Positions 28,632 through 36,753 of a stretch of 38,455 nucleotides of DNA are shown here, piece by piece. This DNA is from an uncultured bacterium (GTDB lineage Bacteria > Zixibacteria > MSB-5A5 > JAABVY01 > JAHJOQ01): assembly GCA_965369655.1 (NCBI GenBank), contig CBDUQR010000028.1, forward strand, positions 1 to 38,455, written 5' to 3'. The position numbers and the translations under genes are program-made. A model generated the notes under the pieces. That model ran no database searches and was not told the origin of the DNA. It saw nothing but the letters and a program-made list of their open reading frames with translations. Numbering within the stretch: position 1 is the first letter of the stretch; every line of letters begins with the position of its first letter.

Positions 28632-31274
28632 ATGATGAGACGAATTTCTTTAGTAGTCTTAATGCTTCTTCTTGCTTGTAGCTTTGCATTCGCAGACGAC
28701 TACATCAGAATCGACGTCGATTCAATCGTCAAGGGTACCGCTGGCGCGGATCTTGATTTCTATATCATACGTCAGTGCCCAGATCCGGTCAATATCTCAG
28801 GCGCTAGCAATGGTTGGCAGATGACCGCGACTAACTGTACGTGGACATTCAATGGTTTCACCCCAGGTGCTAGCGGAACTGCTTGGTGGACTCTTGGATT
28901 GGGTTTTGGTTTCTCTGATGGTTTGACATCAACCACCGCCTCTGGTTGGTTCGGTTGCGGTGGTGCTGGTAGCATGCCGGTCGTGCCAAATGAGGTATTA
29001 TACTTCACATTGAACTTCGACATCAGTGATGACGAAGGTACGATCTGCATCGACTCCGCGTGGTTCCCGCCGGCAGGTAGCTGGAAATTCTCCGGTATGA
29101 CCTGTGGACAGGGTGGCGCACCGGATCGTCCGCTCTTCTTAGCCAAAGACGGCAGCGATGCTGTTCATCCGATCTGCATCACTGTCTACGAGGCGCAGTG
29201 CACTCCACCCACCGGCATGAATGGTCCTGCTGGTGACGAGCTCACTGGCAACCACTGCAGTCCGCTGACACACGGATTCACTGTAGACAATCCTGGTGAT
29301 TTCGATGGTGTTCCGGCACTGCCGCTGGTCTGGACTGTCACGACCGGCCCCGGTGCGTTCACTGGTGCTACGTATGACGTTGGTCCGATGGCGACCGGTA
29401 CGTATCCTGTCACCATTCGCGTGACGAACGATTGCGGCGAGTTCCTGGACTACGGCTTTGATCTCGTTTACGAGAACACTGTTCCGACATTCGATAACTG
29501 TGCTGGCATGCCTCCGGCAATCGGCATGGGCAACAACTACTACTACGACTTCGACGCAACTGATCCGGATTTCTGCGACGCCCTGACATACGTTATGCCG
29601 ATCGTGATCACTCCGACTCCGTTCAATGACCCGCAGATTGACGGCACGGGTGTCCTGACCTGGATGACCCATGAGGACGATGGCGGCATTACGTTCACTA
29701 TCACCATTACTGTTAACGACGGTGAAGGTGGCACGGCTGACTGTGTGTTCGATGTCGAAGTTCTTGAGTCCGAGCCATTCGAGATTCAGTTGGAGAAGGT
29801 GGAGCATCAGTATCAGGGTCACTATGCCAATGTCTCGATCTTCCTGAACAAGGGTTCCGAGTTCTTTGGCGGCTTTGACTTCCTGGTGGCTTATGACGCT
29901 TCCGGCCTGACCTTCATGGGCGCTACCCTCGGTACGTTCCTTGACGGTTGCTGGGAGTACTTCACCTACCGTTACGGCTGGCAGGGTAACTGCGAAGGTC
30001 CTTGTCCGAGTGGTCTGCTCCGTGTTGTCGGTATTGCCGACATCAACAACGGTCCGTACCATCCGGATGTTGTCTGTCTGCGGAAGACCTCTACTCCGTA
30101 TGATATTACCACTGGTCTTGGTGTGCAGGAAGAGCTGGTTAACTTGACGTTCTACGTCACGAATGACCGGACTTATGATTGCATGTACCTGCCGATCCGT
30201 TTCTTCTGGCACGACTGTGGCGACAACTCCATATCGAATCTCGGCGGTGACACTCTTTGGATCTCGAGATATGTCTATGACTATGACTGGTCTCTTGGCT
30301 TCATGGACATCACCGGCATGATCCACTACGGTGGCCACTGGTGGCTCTTTGGCCCGCCATATCCGTTTGTGGATTTCGAGCTCAACACCGCTTGTATGAA
30401 TGACGATCCTGAGAAGCCGAGCCCGATTCGGTTCATCGACTTCATTACTGGTGGCGTCGACATTGAATGTGCCGACTCGATCGACCTTCGTGGCGACATC
30501 AACCTGAACAGCATCGCGAATGAAATCGCTGATGCTGTTCTTTACACCAACTACTTCATCTACGGTCTTAGCGTCTTTGACATCATGATGGAAGGCCAGA
30601 TTGCGGCCTCCGACGTGAACAACGACGGCAAAGTCCTGACAGTTGGTGACCTTGTTTACCTGATCCGCATCGTTGTCGGTGATGCGCTTCCATTCCCGAA
30701 GCTCTCGCCGTTTGCTAACAGCGTAGAAGTCGTTTCAGGTGACGTTGTCGTATCGAAGTCGAATTCCGACATTGGCGCGGCTCTGTTCGTCTTTGATGGC
30801 GCTGGCGATGCTACACTGCTCGCCGACGGCATGAAGATTAAGAGCGACGTTGTTGACGGTCAGCTTCGTGTTCTGGTCTGGTCCGACAATACCAACCGTA
30901 TTCCGGCTGGTACGAACGACCTGATCGCGGTTTCGGGTGACATTAGCCTGATCGAGACTTCATTCTCAGATTACAATGGTAACCTGATGAATGTTGGCGT
31001 GGCTAAGATCGCTCCGAGTCTGTTCACGTTGAAGCAGAACTATCCGAACCCATTCAACCCGACTACTGATATTACCATAGTTATGCCTGAAGAGGGTAAC
31101 TGGAAGCTTAATATCTATAACGTAGCGGGTCAGCTTGTTGAATCCTTCTCCGGTTACGACATTGGTGAAGTAACCGTGACGTGGGATGCTACTGGCGTGG
31201 CTTCGGGCATCTACTTCTACAAGGCCACTGCTGGTCAGTATACTGACACTAAGAAGATGGTCCTGATGAAGTAA
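28632..31274 (+). CDS. Secreted cohesin-like/Ig/dockerin protein with T9SS-type (FlgD-Ig) C-terminal domain; likely an abundant surface protein
   Basis: AAAGGAG RBS, signal peptide, cohesin-like GGFDFLVAYDASGLTF, atypical dockerin (GDINLNSIANEIAD; SDVNNDGKVLTVGD), tail QNYPNPFNP...ASGIYFY...KKMVLMK. Confidence 0.85.
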   Translation: MMRRISLVVLMLLLACSFAFADDYIRIDVDSIVKGTAGADLDFYIIRQCPDPVNISGASNGWQMTATNCTWTFNGFTPGASGTAWWTLGLGFGFSDGLTSTTASGWFGCGGAGSMPVVPNEVLYFTLNFDISDDEGTICIDSAWFPPAGSWKFSGMTCGQGGAPDRPLFLAKDGSDAVHPICITVYEAQCTPPTGMNGPAGDELTGNHCSPLTHGFTVDNPGDFDGVPALPLVWTVTTGPGAFTGATYDVGPMATGTYPVTIRVTNDCGEFLDYGFDLVYENTVPTFDNCAGMPPAIGMGNNYYYDFDATDPDFCDALTYVMPIVITPTPFNDPQIDGTGVLTWMTHEDDGGITFTITITVNDGEGGTADCVFDVEVLESEPFEIQLEKVEHQYQGHYANVSIFLNKGSEFFGGFDFLVAYDASGLTFMGATLGTFLDGCWEYFTYRYGWQGNCEGPCPSGLLRVVGIADINNGPYHPDVVCLRKTSTPYDITTGLGVQEELVNLTFYVTNDRTYDCMYLPIRFFWHDCGDNSISNLGGDTLWISRYVYDYDWSLGFMDITGMIHYGGHWWLFGPPYPFVDFELNTACMNDDPEKPSPIRFIDFITGGVDIECADSIDLRGDINLNSIANEIADAVLYTNYFIYGLSVFDIMMEGQIAASDVNNDGKVLTVGDLVYLIRIVVGDALPFPKLSPFANSVEVVSGDVVVSKSNSDIGAALFVFDGAGDATLLADGMKIKSDVVDGQLRVLVWSDNTNRIPAGTNDLIAVSGDISLIETSFSDYNGNLMNVGVAKIAPSLFTLKQNYPNPFNPTTDITIVMPEEGNWKLNIYNVAGQLVESFSGYDIGEVTVTWDATGVASGIYFYKATAGQYTDTKKMVLMK

Positions 31275-31291
31275 TCGTCTATGCTTCATAG

Positions 31292-31325
31292 ATTGTTGGG
31301 GGGGATGCGAATCCCCCTCAACAAT
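31292..31325 (+). other. Stable stem-loop without U tract (mRNA 3' stabiliser or terminator)
   Basis: ATTGTTGGGGGGGAT-GCGA-ATCCCCCTCAACAAT. Confidence 0.7.
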
Positions 31326-31427
31326 ACTAACGAGTGAAAGGAGATAAACGGCTGACAACTTCTACGGAATGAAACTAAGGCAAAGACTTGGTGGAAGTTT
31401 ACATGATCGGGCAATCGGTTTTAATCA

Positions 31428-31463
31428 GGCTGGGCGGGTTGCTGCCGGTCTTTTTTGTTTTTT
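31428..31463 (+). terminator. Intrinsic terminator
   Basis: G/C-rich hairpin with G-U pairs, GGCTGGGCGG..CTGCCGGTC, followed by TTTTTTGTTTTTT. Confidence 0.65.
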
Positions 31464-31699
31464 GTGGGGGTGGTTATCGTTTCCTGGTCATGTTGCACCA
31501 GATTGCGGATACTCTGAAAAGAAAACACCACTGCGACGTACTCATCAAATCTGCCGCTCACGGACGAGCAGAGAACACTGTCATTCAATGTACTCCAGAA
31601 GGTTGGTTGCTATAGCGTAAGTCGTTACAGGGCTGAATATTATATGTGGGCGCGGATGTTCAAATCTTGGACATGAGTCAAGCCCGCAAATAAGTCCTG

Positions 31700-31715
31700 C
31701 GGCACACGTGTTGCT
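31700..31715 (+). promoter_or_regulatory. Putative sigma54 (-24/-12) promoter
   Basis: CGGCACACGTGTTGCT: GG-N10-GC, matching YGGCAC-N5-TTGCW. Confidence 0.6.
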
Positions 31716-31789
31716 GCCAAGAGTCTCGGAGGTACTATGTTCGTATGTGAGCTTATGGCAACTTCAAAACTACAGGCAGGCCGGATTCA

Positions 31790-34201
31790 ATGAAGAATTC
31801 AATCCTTGTATCGCTGGTTATTGTGTCTTTAATGATTCCCGTCGTTCGAGCTCAGGATGATCCGTATGGCGTGGTCGATTCCGTTCGCATTGCGACAGTA
31901 TCGACAGAGCCCGGATCGAGCGTCTCGGTCGATGTATATATGTTCAATGACCCCGGTCTGAGTAGCCTGACAGTACCCATAAAGTTTAATCAGGAGTTCC
32001 TTACTCTTGACACAATCCGCTTTGACGGATCGAAAATAGAATATCTAAGCATGAAACCGTTCCTGATCGACAACGAGAACGGCAAAGTGCTTCTGGGAGG
32101 GCTGGTGATAATGGAAGACCCGATACCTGCCGGACCGGGTCTGCTTGCCACGCTCGATTTCTCAGTGTCGTCCGGCGCCGAGCCGGGGGATATTCTCGTC
32201 ATGGATACGAGTTTTGTCCCACCCGCCGGGTACTTCTTATTTGTGCCCGTCGATCTCGACAAGTTTACACCGGAATTCGTCGCGGGCGAAATAAGGATCA
32301 CTGACCCGAACAAGCCGCCCGTCTTCAGAGAAATTGATGATCTATCTGTTTTTGAAGGCAAAGAGATCAGTTTCGTGGTCAAGGCCGTCGATCCGAACGG
32401 CGTAGAGTATTCGGCCCTTCGTCTCCCGCCTGGCGCGGAGTTCGACGAAAACACCGGACTCTTTAGCTGGATTCCTCCTTTCGTCGGTCCTTATTCGTCG
32501 TCGGCAGGCAGTGTCTCGGCGCGGTTTTCCGCAACTGATGGTCAGGCGGCGAGCCATATGCAGGTCGATATTACGATACTGAACACAAACAGGCCGCCGG
32601 AACTGGCTGTCCCTGATTCTTTCGATGTGGTGGTCGGCGACTCGGTTTTCATTCTTATCTCCGCGGAAGATCCTGATATCGAAGAGGTCGAGATCGATCT
32701 GTCAAACCTGCCTTCGGGAGCAGACTATCTCCGCGGAAATCCGGGATACCTGAGTTGGAAGACATCTCTTTCTGATTCAGGCTCCTACCTGATAGATGTC
32801 TCCGCGTACGATCCGTACGGATCATCCGACCACAAGACACTCAAGCTGAATGTTCATTCCGCGGCACCATGTGAACTCGACATATCAGATATCCAGGTGG
32901 TTAGCGGAGATGCCGGCATCATCGAGATTGATCTGCTGAACAGAGTGGCCGTCGACGGCATGAATCTTCTGATCAAATATGATCCGACTGCGCTCGATTA
33001 CCTCTCATCGTCTGCTGTCGGCGCCAGGATAGAGTATTGGGAGCGGTTCATAGTGACCGTCAGCGAACCCGATGGCCGCATCTGGCTCGATGCCAACGCC
33101 AATTTCCCCGGTCAGGATATGGTCGATCCTCTTGCCGAGGGCAGCGGTCCCGTTATGCTGATAAACTTCCTGATTACATCCGACGTATCTTTTGCAGGTC
33201 AGATGGTCCCGGTTGTCTTCGAGTTCATAGATACTTTGTCGAATCTTGACAACATCATCATCGACTCCGATGGTGAAGTCCTCGGGTGGGACATGATAGA
33301 CTATTTCGACGGGTCGGTATTCATCAAGCAATTTGAGGCGCTTGTGGGCGACATAAATCTGAATTCTGTCCCGTTCGAGGTAGGAGATGTTGTCTATTTC
33401 ACGAATTATTTCATCGATCCCGGCGCATATCCTCTCGATGGCGACCGCTGGCCCAATTCCGACATCAATCAGGATGGCCGTCCCGGCACAATAGGCGACC
33501 TGATCCAACTCATAAGCATTGTGGGAGTAGGTGGAAGCGGCAAGATATACCATCCGGAACCCGCGACTGATAATCGAATTATCTTAGAGAATATTAGCAC
33601 ACCCACCGGCTCAGATGTGATCGCCGATGGGAGTTCGCCGATTGGGGGCGCCATGTTCCTGTTCAGGGTGAACGCTGCCTCAAAACTCGATGTGACTGTC
33701 GGGAGCGAACTCGATCATGTTACTCTGCATCACTCGCTTCTGGGCGATGAACTCCGCGTACTGCTTCTCGATGAGAGCGGAGCTGGAATAGCCGCCGACG
33801 GCAGACCGATCATATCCGTTCGACATTCGGCCGATGCGGCAGTCGAATTGATCGAGGCAGGCGTTGCGGACCCGACCGGACGTATGCTGACGGCTGAACT
33901 CGGAAGAAACGCGGTGTTGCCGAGTGGCTACAGACTTGATCAGAATTTCCCAAATCCGTTCAATCCGGTTACGCAGATCAGTTTTTCGCTTGAGTATGCT
34001 GGAATAGTGTCGCTCAAGGTCTACAATATTCGCGGACAGTTGGTCAGGACTCTTGTGGGTCTTGAGATGCAGGCAGGCGTTCACTCGATTGAGTGGGACG
34101 GCGCCGATGCCGATGGCGATCCTGTCGCGTCGGGAGTCTACTTCTACAGACTCGAGTCGCAGGATTTCTCAGATGTTAAGAAAATGATGCTAATAAAATG
34201 A
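31790..34201 (+). CDS. Secreted cohesin, 2x cadherin-like Ig, cohesin, dockerin, T9SS-type CTD protein
   Basis: Signal peptide; cohesin-like VSVDVYMFN..LSSLTVPIKF and DGMNLLIKYDPTAL; NKPPVF and NRPPEL Ig repeats; GDINLN and SDINQDG dockerin; QNFPNPFNP...SGVYFYRL...KKMMLIK. Confidence 0.85.
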   Translation: MKNSILVSLVIVSLMIPVVRAQDDPYGVVDSVRIATVSTEPGSSVSVDVYMFNDPGLSSLTVPIKFNQEFLTLDTIRFDGSKIEYLSMKPFLIDNENGKVLLGGLVIMEDPIPAGPGLLATLDFSVSSGAEPGDILVMDTSFVPPAGYFLFVPVDLDKFTPEFVAGEIRITDPNKPPVFREIDDLSVFEGKEISFVVKAVDPNGVEYSALRLPPGAEFDENTGLFSWIPPFVGPYSSSAGSVSARFSATDGQAASHMQVDITILNTNRPPELAVPDSFDVVVGDSVFILISAEDPDIEEVEIDLSNLPSGADYLRGNPGYLSWKTSLSDSGSYLIDVSAYDPYGSSDHKTLKLNVHSAAPCELDISDIQVVSGDAGIIEIDLLNRVAVDGMNLLIKYDPTALDYLSSSAVGARIEYWERFIVTVSEPDGRIWLDANANFPGQDMVDPLAEGSGPVMLINFLITSDVSFAGQMVPVVFEFIDTLSNLDNIIIDSDGEVLGWDMIDYFDGSVFIKQFEALVGDINLNSVPFEVGDVVYFTNYFIDPGAYPLDGDRWPNSDINQDGRPGTIGDLIQLISIVGVGGSGKIYHPEPATDNRIILENISTPTGSDVIADGSSPIGGAMFLFRVNAASKLDVTVGSELDHVTLHHSLLGDELRVLLLDESGAGIAADGRPIISVRHSADAAVELIEAGVADPTGRMLTAELGRNAVLPSGYRLDQNFPNPFNPVTQISFSLEYAGIVSLKVYNIRGQLVRTLVGLEMQAGVHSIEWDGADADGDPVASGVYFYRLESQDFSDVKKMMLIK

Positions 34202-34252
34202 TAACAGGATTCGAAAAATATTTCCTTCATCATAATATGAGAGGACTAAGTT

Positions 34253-36538
34253 ATGCATAGACTCAAATTTGCACTGGCTCTGGCTTTCATGCTGAGCATG
34301 GTAGGAGTTTTCCAGGTAGCCGAAGTCGAGGCCCAGACGTCGGTGTTCGACACTCTGAAGGTAATGGATGCTTTCGGAGATGCGGGCGATACAGTTGCTG
34401 TGGATTTATATCTGACCAACACGATTGAAGTTGGAGGCTTGAACTTCCTGCTGCATTTCGACAGCACCTATCTCTCTCCCGCCTATGCCTGGGATGCGAT
34501 CATTGACGGCGATACGTCTGCGCCGCTGCATTTCGAGATGATTAACCGCGGTGTAGGGAAGTTTTTCTATGTGCAGTCAGTCAATTCCCTCGACACGAGC
34601 GCGATTGCTGGTTTCGGACACATCGTAACAGGTATATTCGTGGGTGATCCGTTCTCGTCTGATGATATCGCTATCGGCAACGGAACGTTCCTGCGGTTCT
34701 ATGTTTATATTAAGCCGTACGCACCTGAGGGTACTTCGGTCAACATTATCCTCTATGACGAGCAGGTCTCGGGCGGCAGGATGAACGAGTTCTACGATCC
34801 GGAGGGTCTTGTCGGAATTATGCCCACACTCGTGACCGGCTCGGTCACCGTCGGTGAGGGACCGCCGCCGCAGGATTCGGTAAATACCGCGCCATACTTC
34901 ACTCAACCGTCCCAGACAGTTTACAATGTTGATCAGGGCGATCCTGTACAGTTCACCGTCACTGCCGCGGATGTTGACGTCGGTCAGCCAATCGAATTGA
35001 GCATGCTCAGCGGACCGTCCGGAGCGTCATTCACTGGCGCATCCGGTACCGGGAGCGTATCGAGTGTTTTCTCGTGGACGCCTAATTTCTCACAGGCAGG
35101 TCAGTTCCAGGCCACGTTCATTGTCGAGGATGACTCGGCTGCGACTGCTCAGAGAGTTGTGACTATCAACGTTGCTGAGCCTGCGATCGAGGACGATATC
35201 CTTTTCACGACGTCGCAGGAAACGTACTTCGTTGAAGGCGGTATCCCGGGCGCGGACGATGTCAGTGTGCCGATCAATCTGAACGATCTCAACACCCTCT
35301 TTGGCATTCAGTTTGATCTTACCTACGATAACACGGTGATGGCGCTCGATTCTTTCGAGATGACCGATCGATTAGCGGGATTCGAGTTATACACTGAAAA
35401 CACCGGTCCTGGCATGGTGAGAGTAATATCATTCGGACTGGCGAACGAGGAGATAGGACCGCCGGTTTCATCGAGCGCTATTCTCAATTGTTGGTTTACC
35501 ATCAATCAGACTGCCACACCCGGATACTATAAATTCAAGCTCGATAACGGTCGTGCTTCGGTAAGTCCTGATCCAGGGCAGGGATCTGTGGATATCCTGG
35601 TCGACACTCTGGGCGCAGTGGCTGTCGATGCCATCGGTGATGTCAATCTCGACACCAGAATCGATGTTGATGACCTGGTGAAAGTCGTAGCGTACATCAT
35701 TGGCGACTACCCACTTAGCACGAGACAGTTCCGAGCGGGTGATATCAACGGCGACACCGAGGTCAATGTCGTTGACCTTGTCGGTATCATCAACATGATC
35801 TTCGCAGGCGCATCACCATCTTCGCTGCCGAAATTCGCCTACACAGGTGAGCCTGCGTCGCTCGAGGTGGTGGCTATAGAATCGGCCAACGGTCAAATCG
35901 ATGAACTTCGGATTGACGCCAATCTCCCGACTGAGGTGGCAGGCCTGCAGTTCGATCTGACATATGACCCGTATGACATCGAGCTCGGCGACCCAGGCCT
36001 CACAGAGAGATCGTACGGCTTCCGGCTACGGTCGCGTGAGATCAGCGATGGACGCCTGAGAGTTCTGCTATACTTTGATCCTTCCGATATGGATAATGTA
36101 ATAGATGCTGGACTCGGTTCACTCGTAACCATTCCCGTGTATCAGTCCGGCGGCATGTTATCGGATGAGCAACCCGTAAAGATGCACAATGTCGTGCTCT
36201 CTACTCCTGATGGTCGGGAAATACCAGTTGTCGAGAAATCGGGTCTGTTGCCGACGGCATTTGAGTTGAGACAGAATTATCCGAACCCGTTCAATCCGAC
36301 GACGAATATCAGTTTTGCGATTGGCGGCGGTGAAGCTCAGCCGGTGAGACTGGTTATCTATAATGTACTGGGCCAGACTGTTGAGACGCTCATAGACAGC
36401 GAACTGACCCCCGGCCAATATGATGTCACGTGGAACGGCACGAGTTCTGACGGCGAGTCGCAAGCGTCAGGAGTGTACTTCTACAGTCTGCAGGTCGGCG
36501 ACCGAAGAGATACTAAGAAGATGGTGTTGTCAAAATAG
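34253..36538 (+). CDS. Secreted cohesin, Ig, cohesin, dockerin, cohesin, T9SS-type CTD protein
   Basis: GAGGA RBS, signal peptide; cohesin-like GGLNFLLHFD, FGIQFDLTYD and AGLQFDLTYDP; dockerin GDVNLDTRIDVDD and GDINGDTEVNVVD; QNYPNPFNP tail. Confidence 0.87.
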   Translation: MHRLKFALALAFMLSMVGVFQVAEVEAQTSVFDTLKVMDAFGDAGDTVAVDLYLTNTIEVGGLNFLLHFDSTYLSPAYAWDAIIDGDTSAPLHFEMINRGVGKFFYVQSVNSLDTSAIAGFGHIVTGIFVGDPFSSDDIAIGNGTFLRFYVYIKPYAPEGTSVNIILYDEQVSGGRMNEFYDPEGLVGIMPTLVTGSVTVGEGPPPQDSVNTAPYFTQPSQTVYNVDQGDPVQFTVTAADVDVGQPIELSMLSGPSGASFTGASGTGSVSSVFSWTPNFSQAGQFQATFIVEDDSAATAQRVVTINVAEPAIEDDILFTTSQETYFVEGGIPGADDVSVPINLNDLNTLFGIQFDLTYDNTVMALDSFEMTDRLAGFELYTENTGPGMVRVISFGLANEEIGPPVSSSAILNCWFTINQTATPGYYKFKLDNGRASVSPDPGQGSVDILVDTLGAVAVDAIGDVNLDTRIDVDDLVKVVAYIIGDYPLSTRQFRAGDINGDTEVNVVDLVGIINMIFAGASPSSLPKFAYTGEPASLEVVAIESANGQIDELRIDANLPTEVAGLQFDLTYDPYDIELGDPGLTERSYGFRLRSREISDGRLRVLLYFDPSDMDNVIDAGLGSLVTIPVYQSGGMLSDEQPVKMHNVVLSTPDGREIPVVEKSGLLPTAFELRQNYPNPFNPTTNISFAIGGGEAQPVRLVIYNVLGQTVETLIDSELTPGQYDVTWNGTSSDGESQASGVYFYSLQVGDRRDTKKMVLSK

Positions 36539-36753
36539 AAGCAAATCGTGTGCTCGTCTGCAGAAGACGGCGCACGCATTCTGCGTTGTTGAGAAAGAAC
36601 TATGGATGATGTGATAACCGGATACTTCCTGACGCAATCGACTATGTATGAACGTACTGCTCTCAGTGATAATGTTGCCACTTGTGTAGTGGATAGTTGT
36701 TGGTCCTCCGGTCTGGTGTTGACGGTTGATATGCAAATGGAGAGGATAGGATC

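Noticed and set aside
27111-36538. A classical cellulosome
   Set aside because: No glycoside hydrolase or CBM3-like module is recognisable. The only dockerin-bearing enzyme in the window is a protease, and the GH57 has no signal peptide or dockerin.
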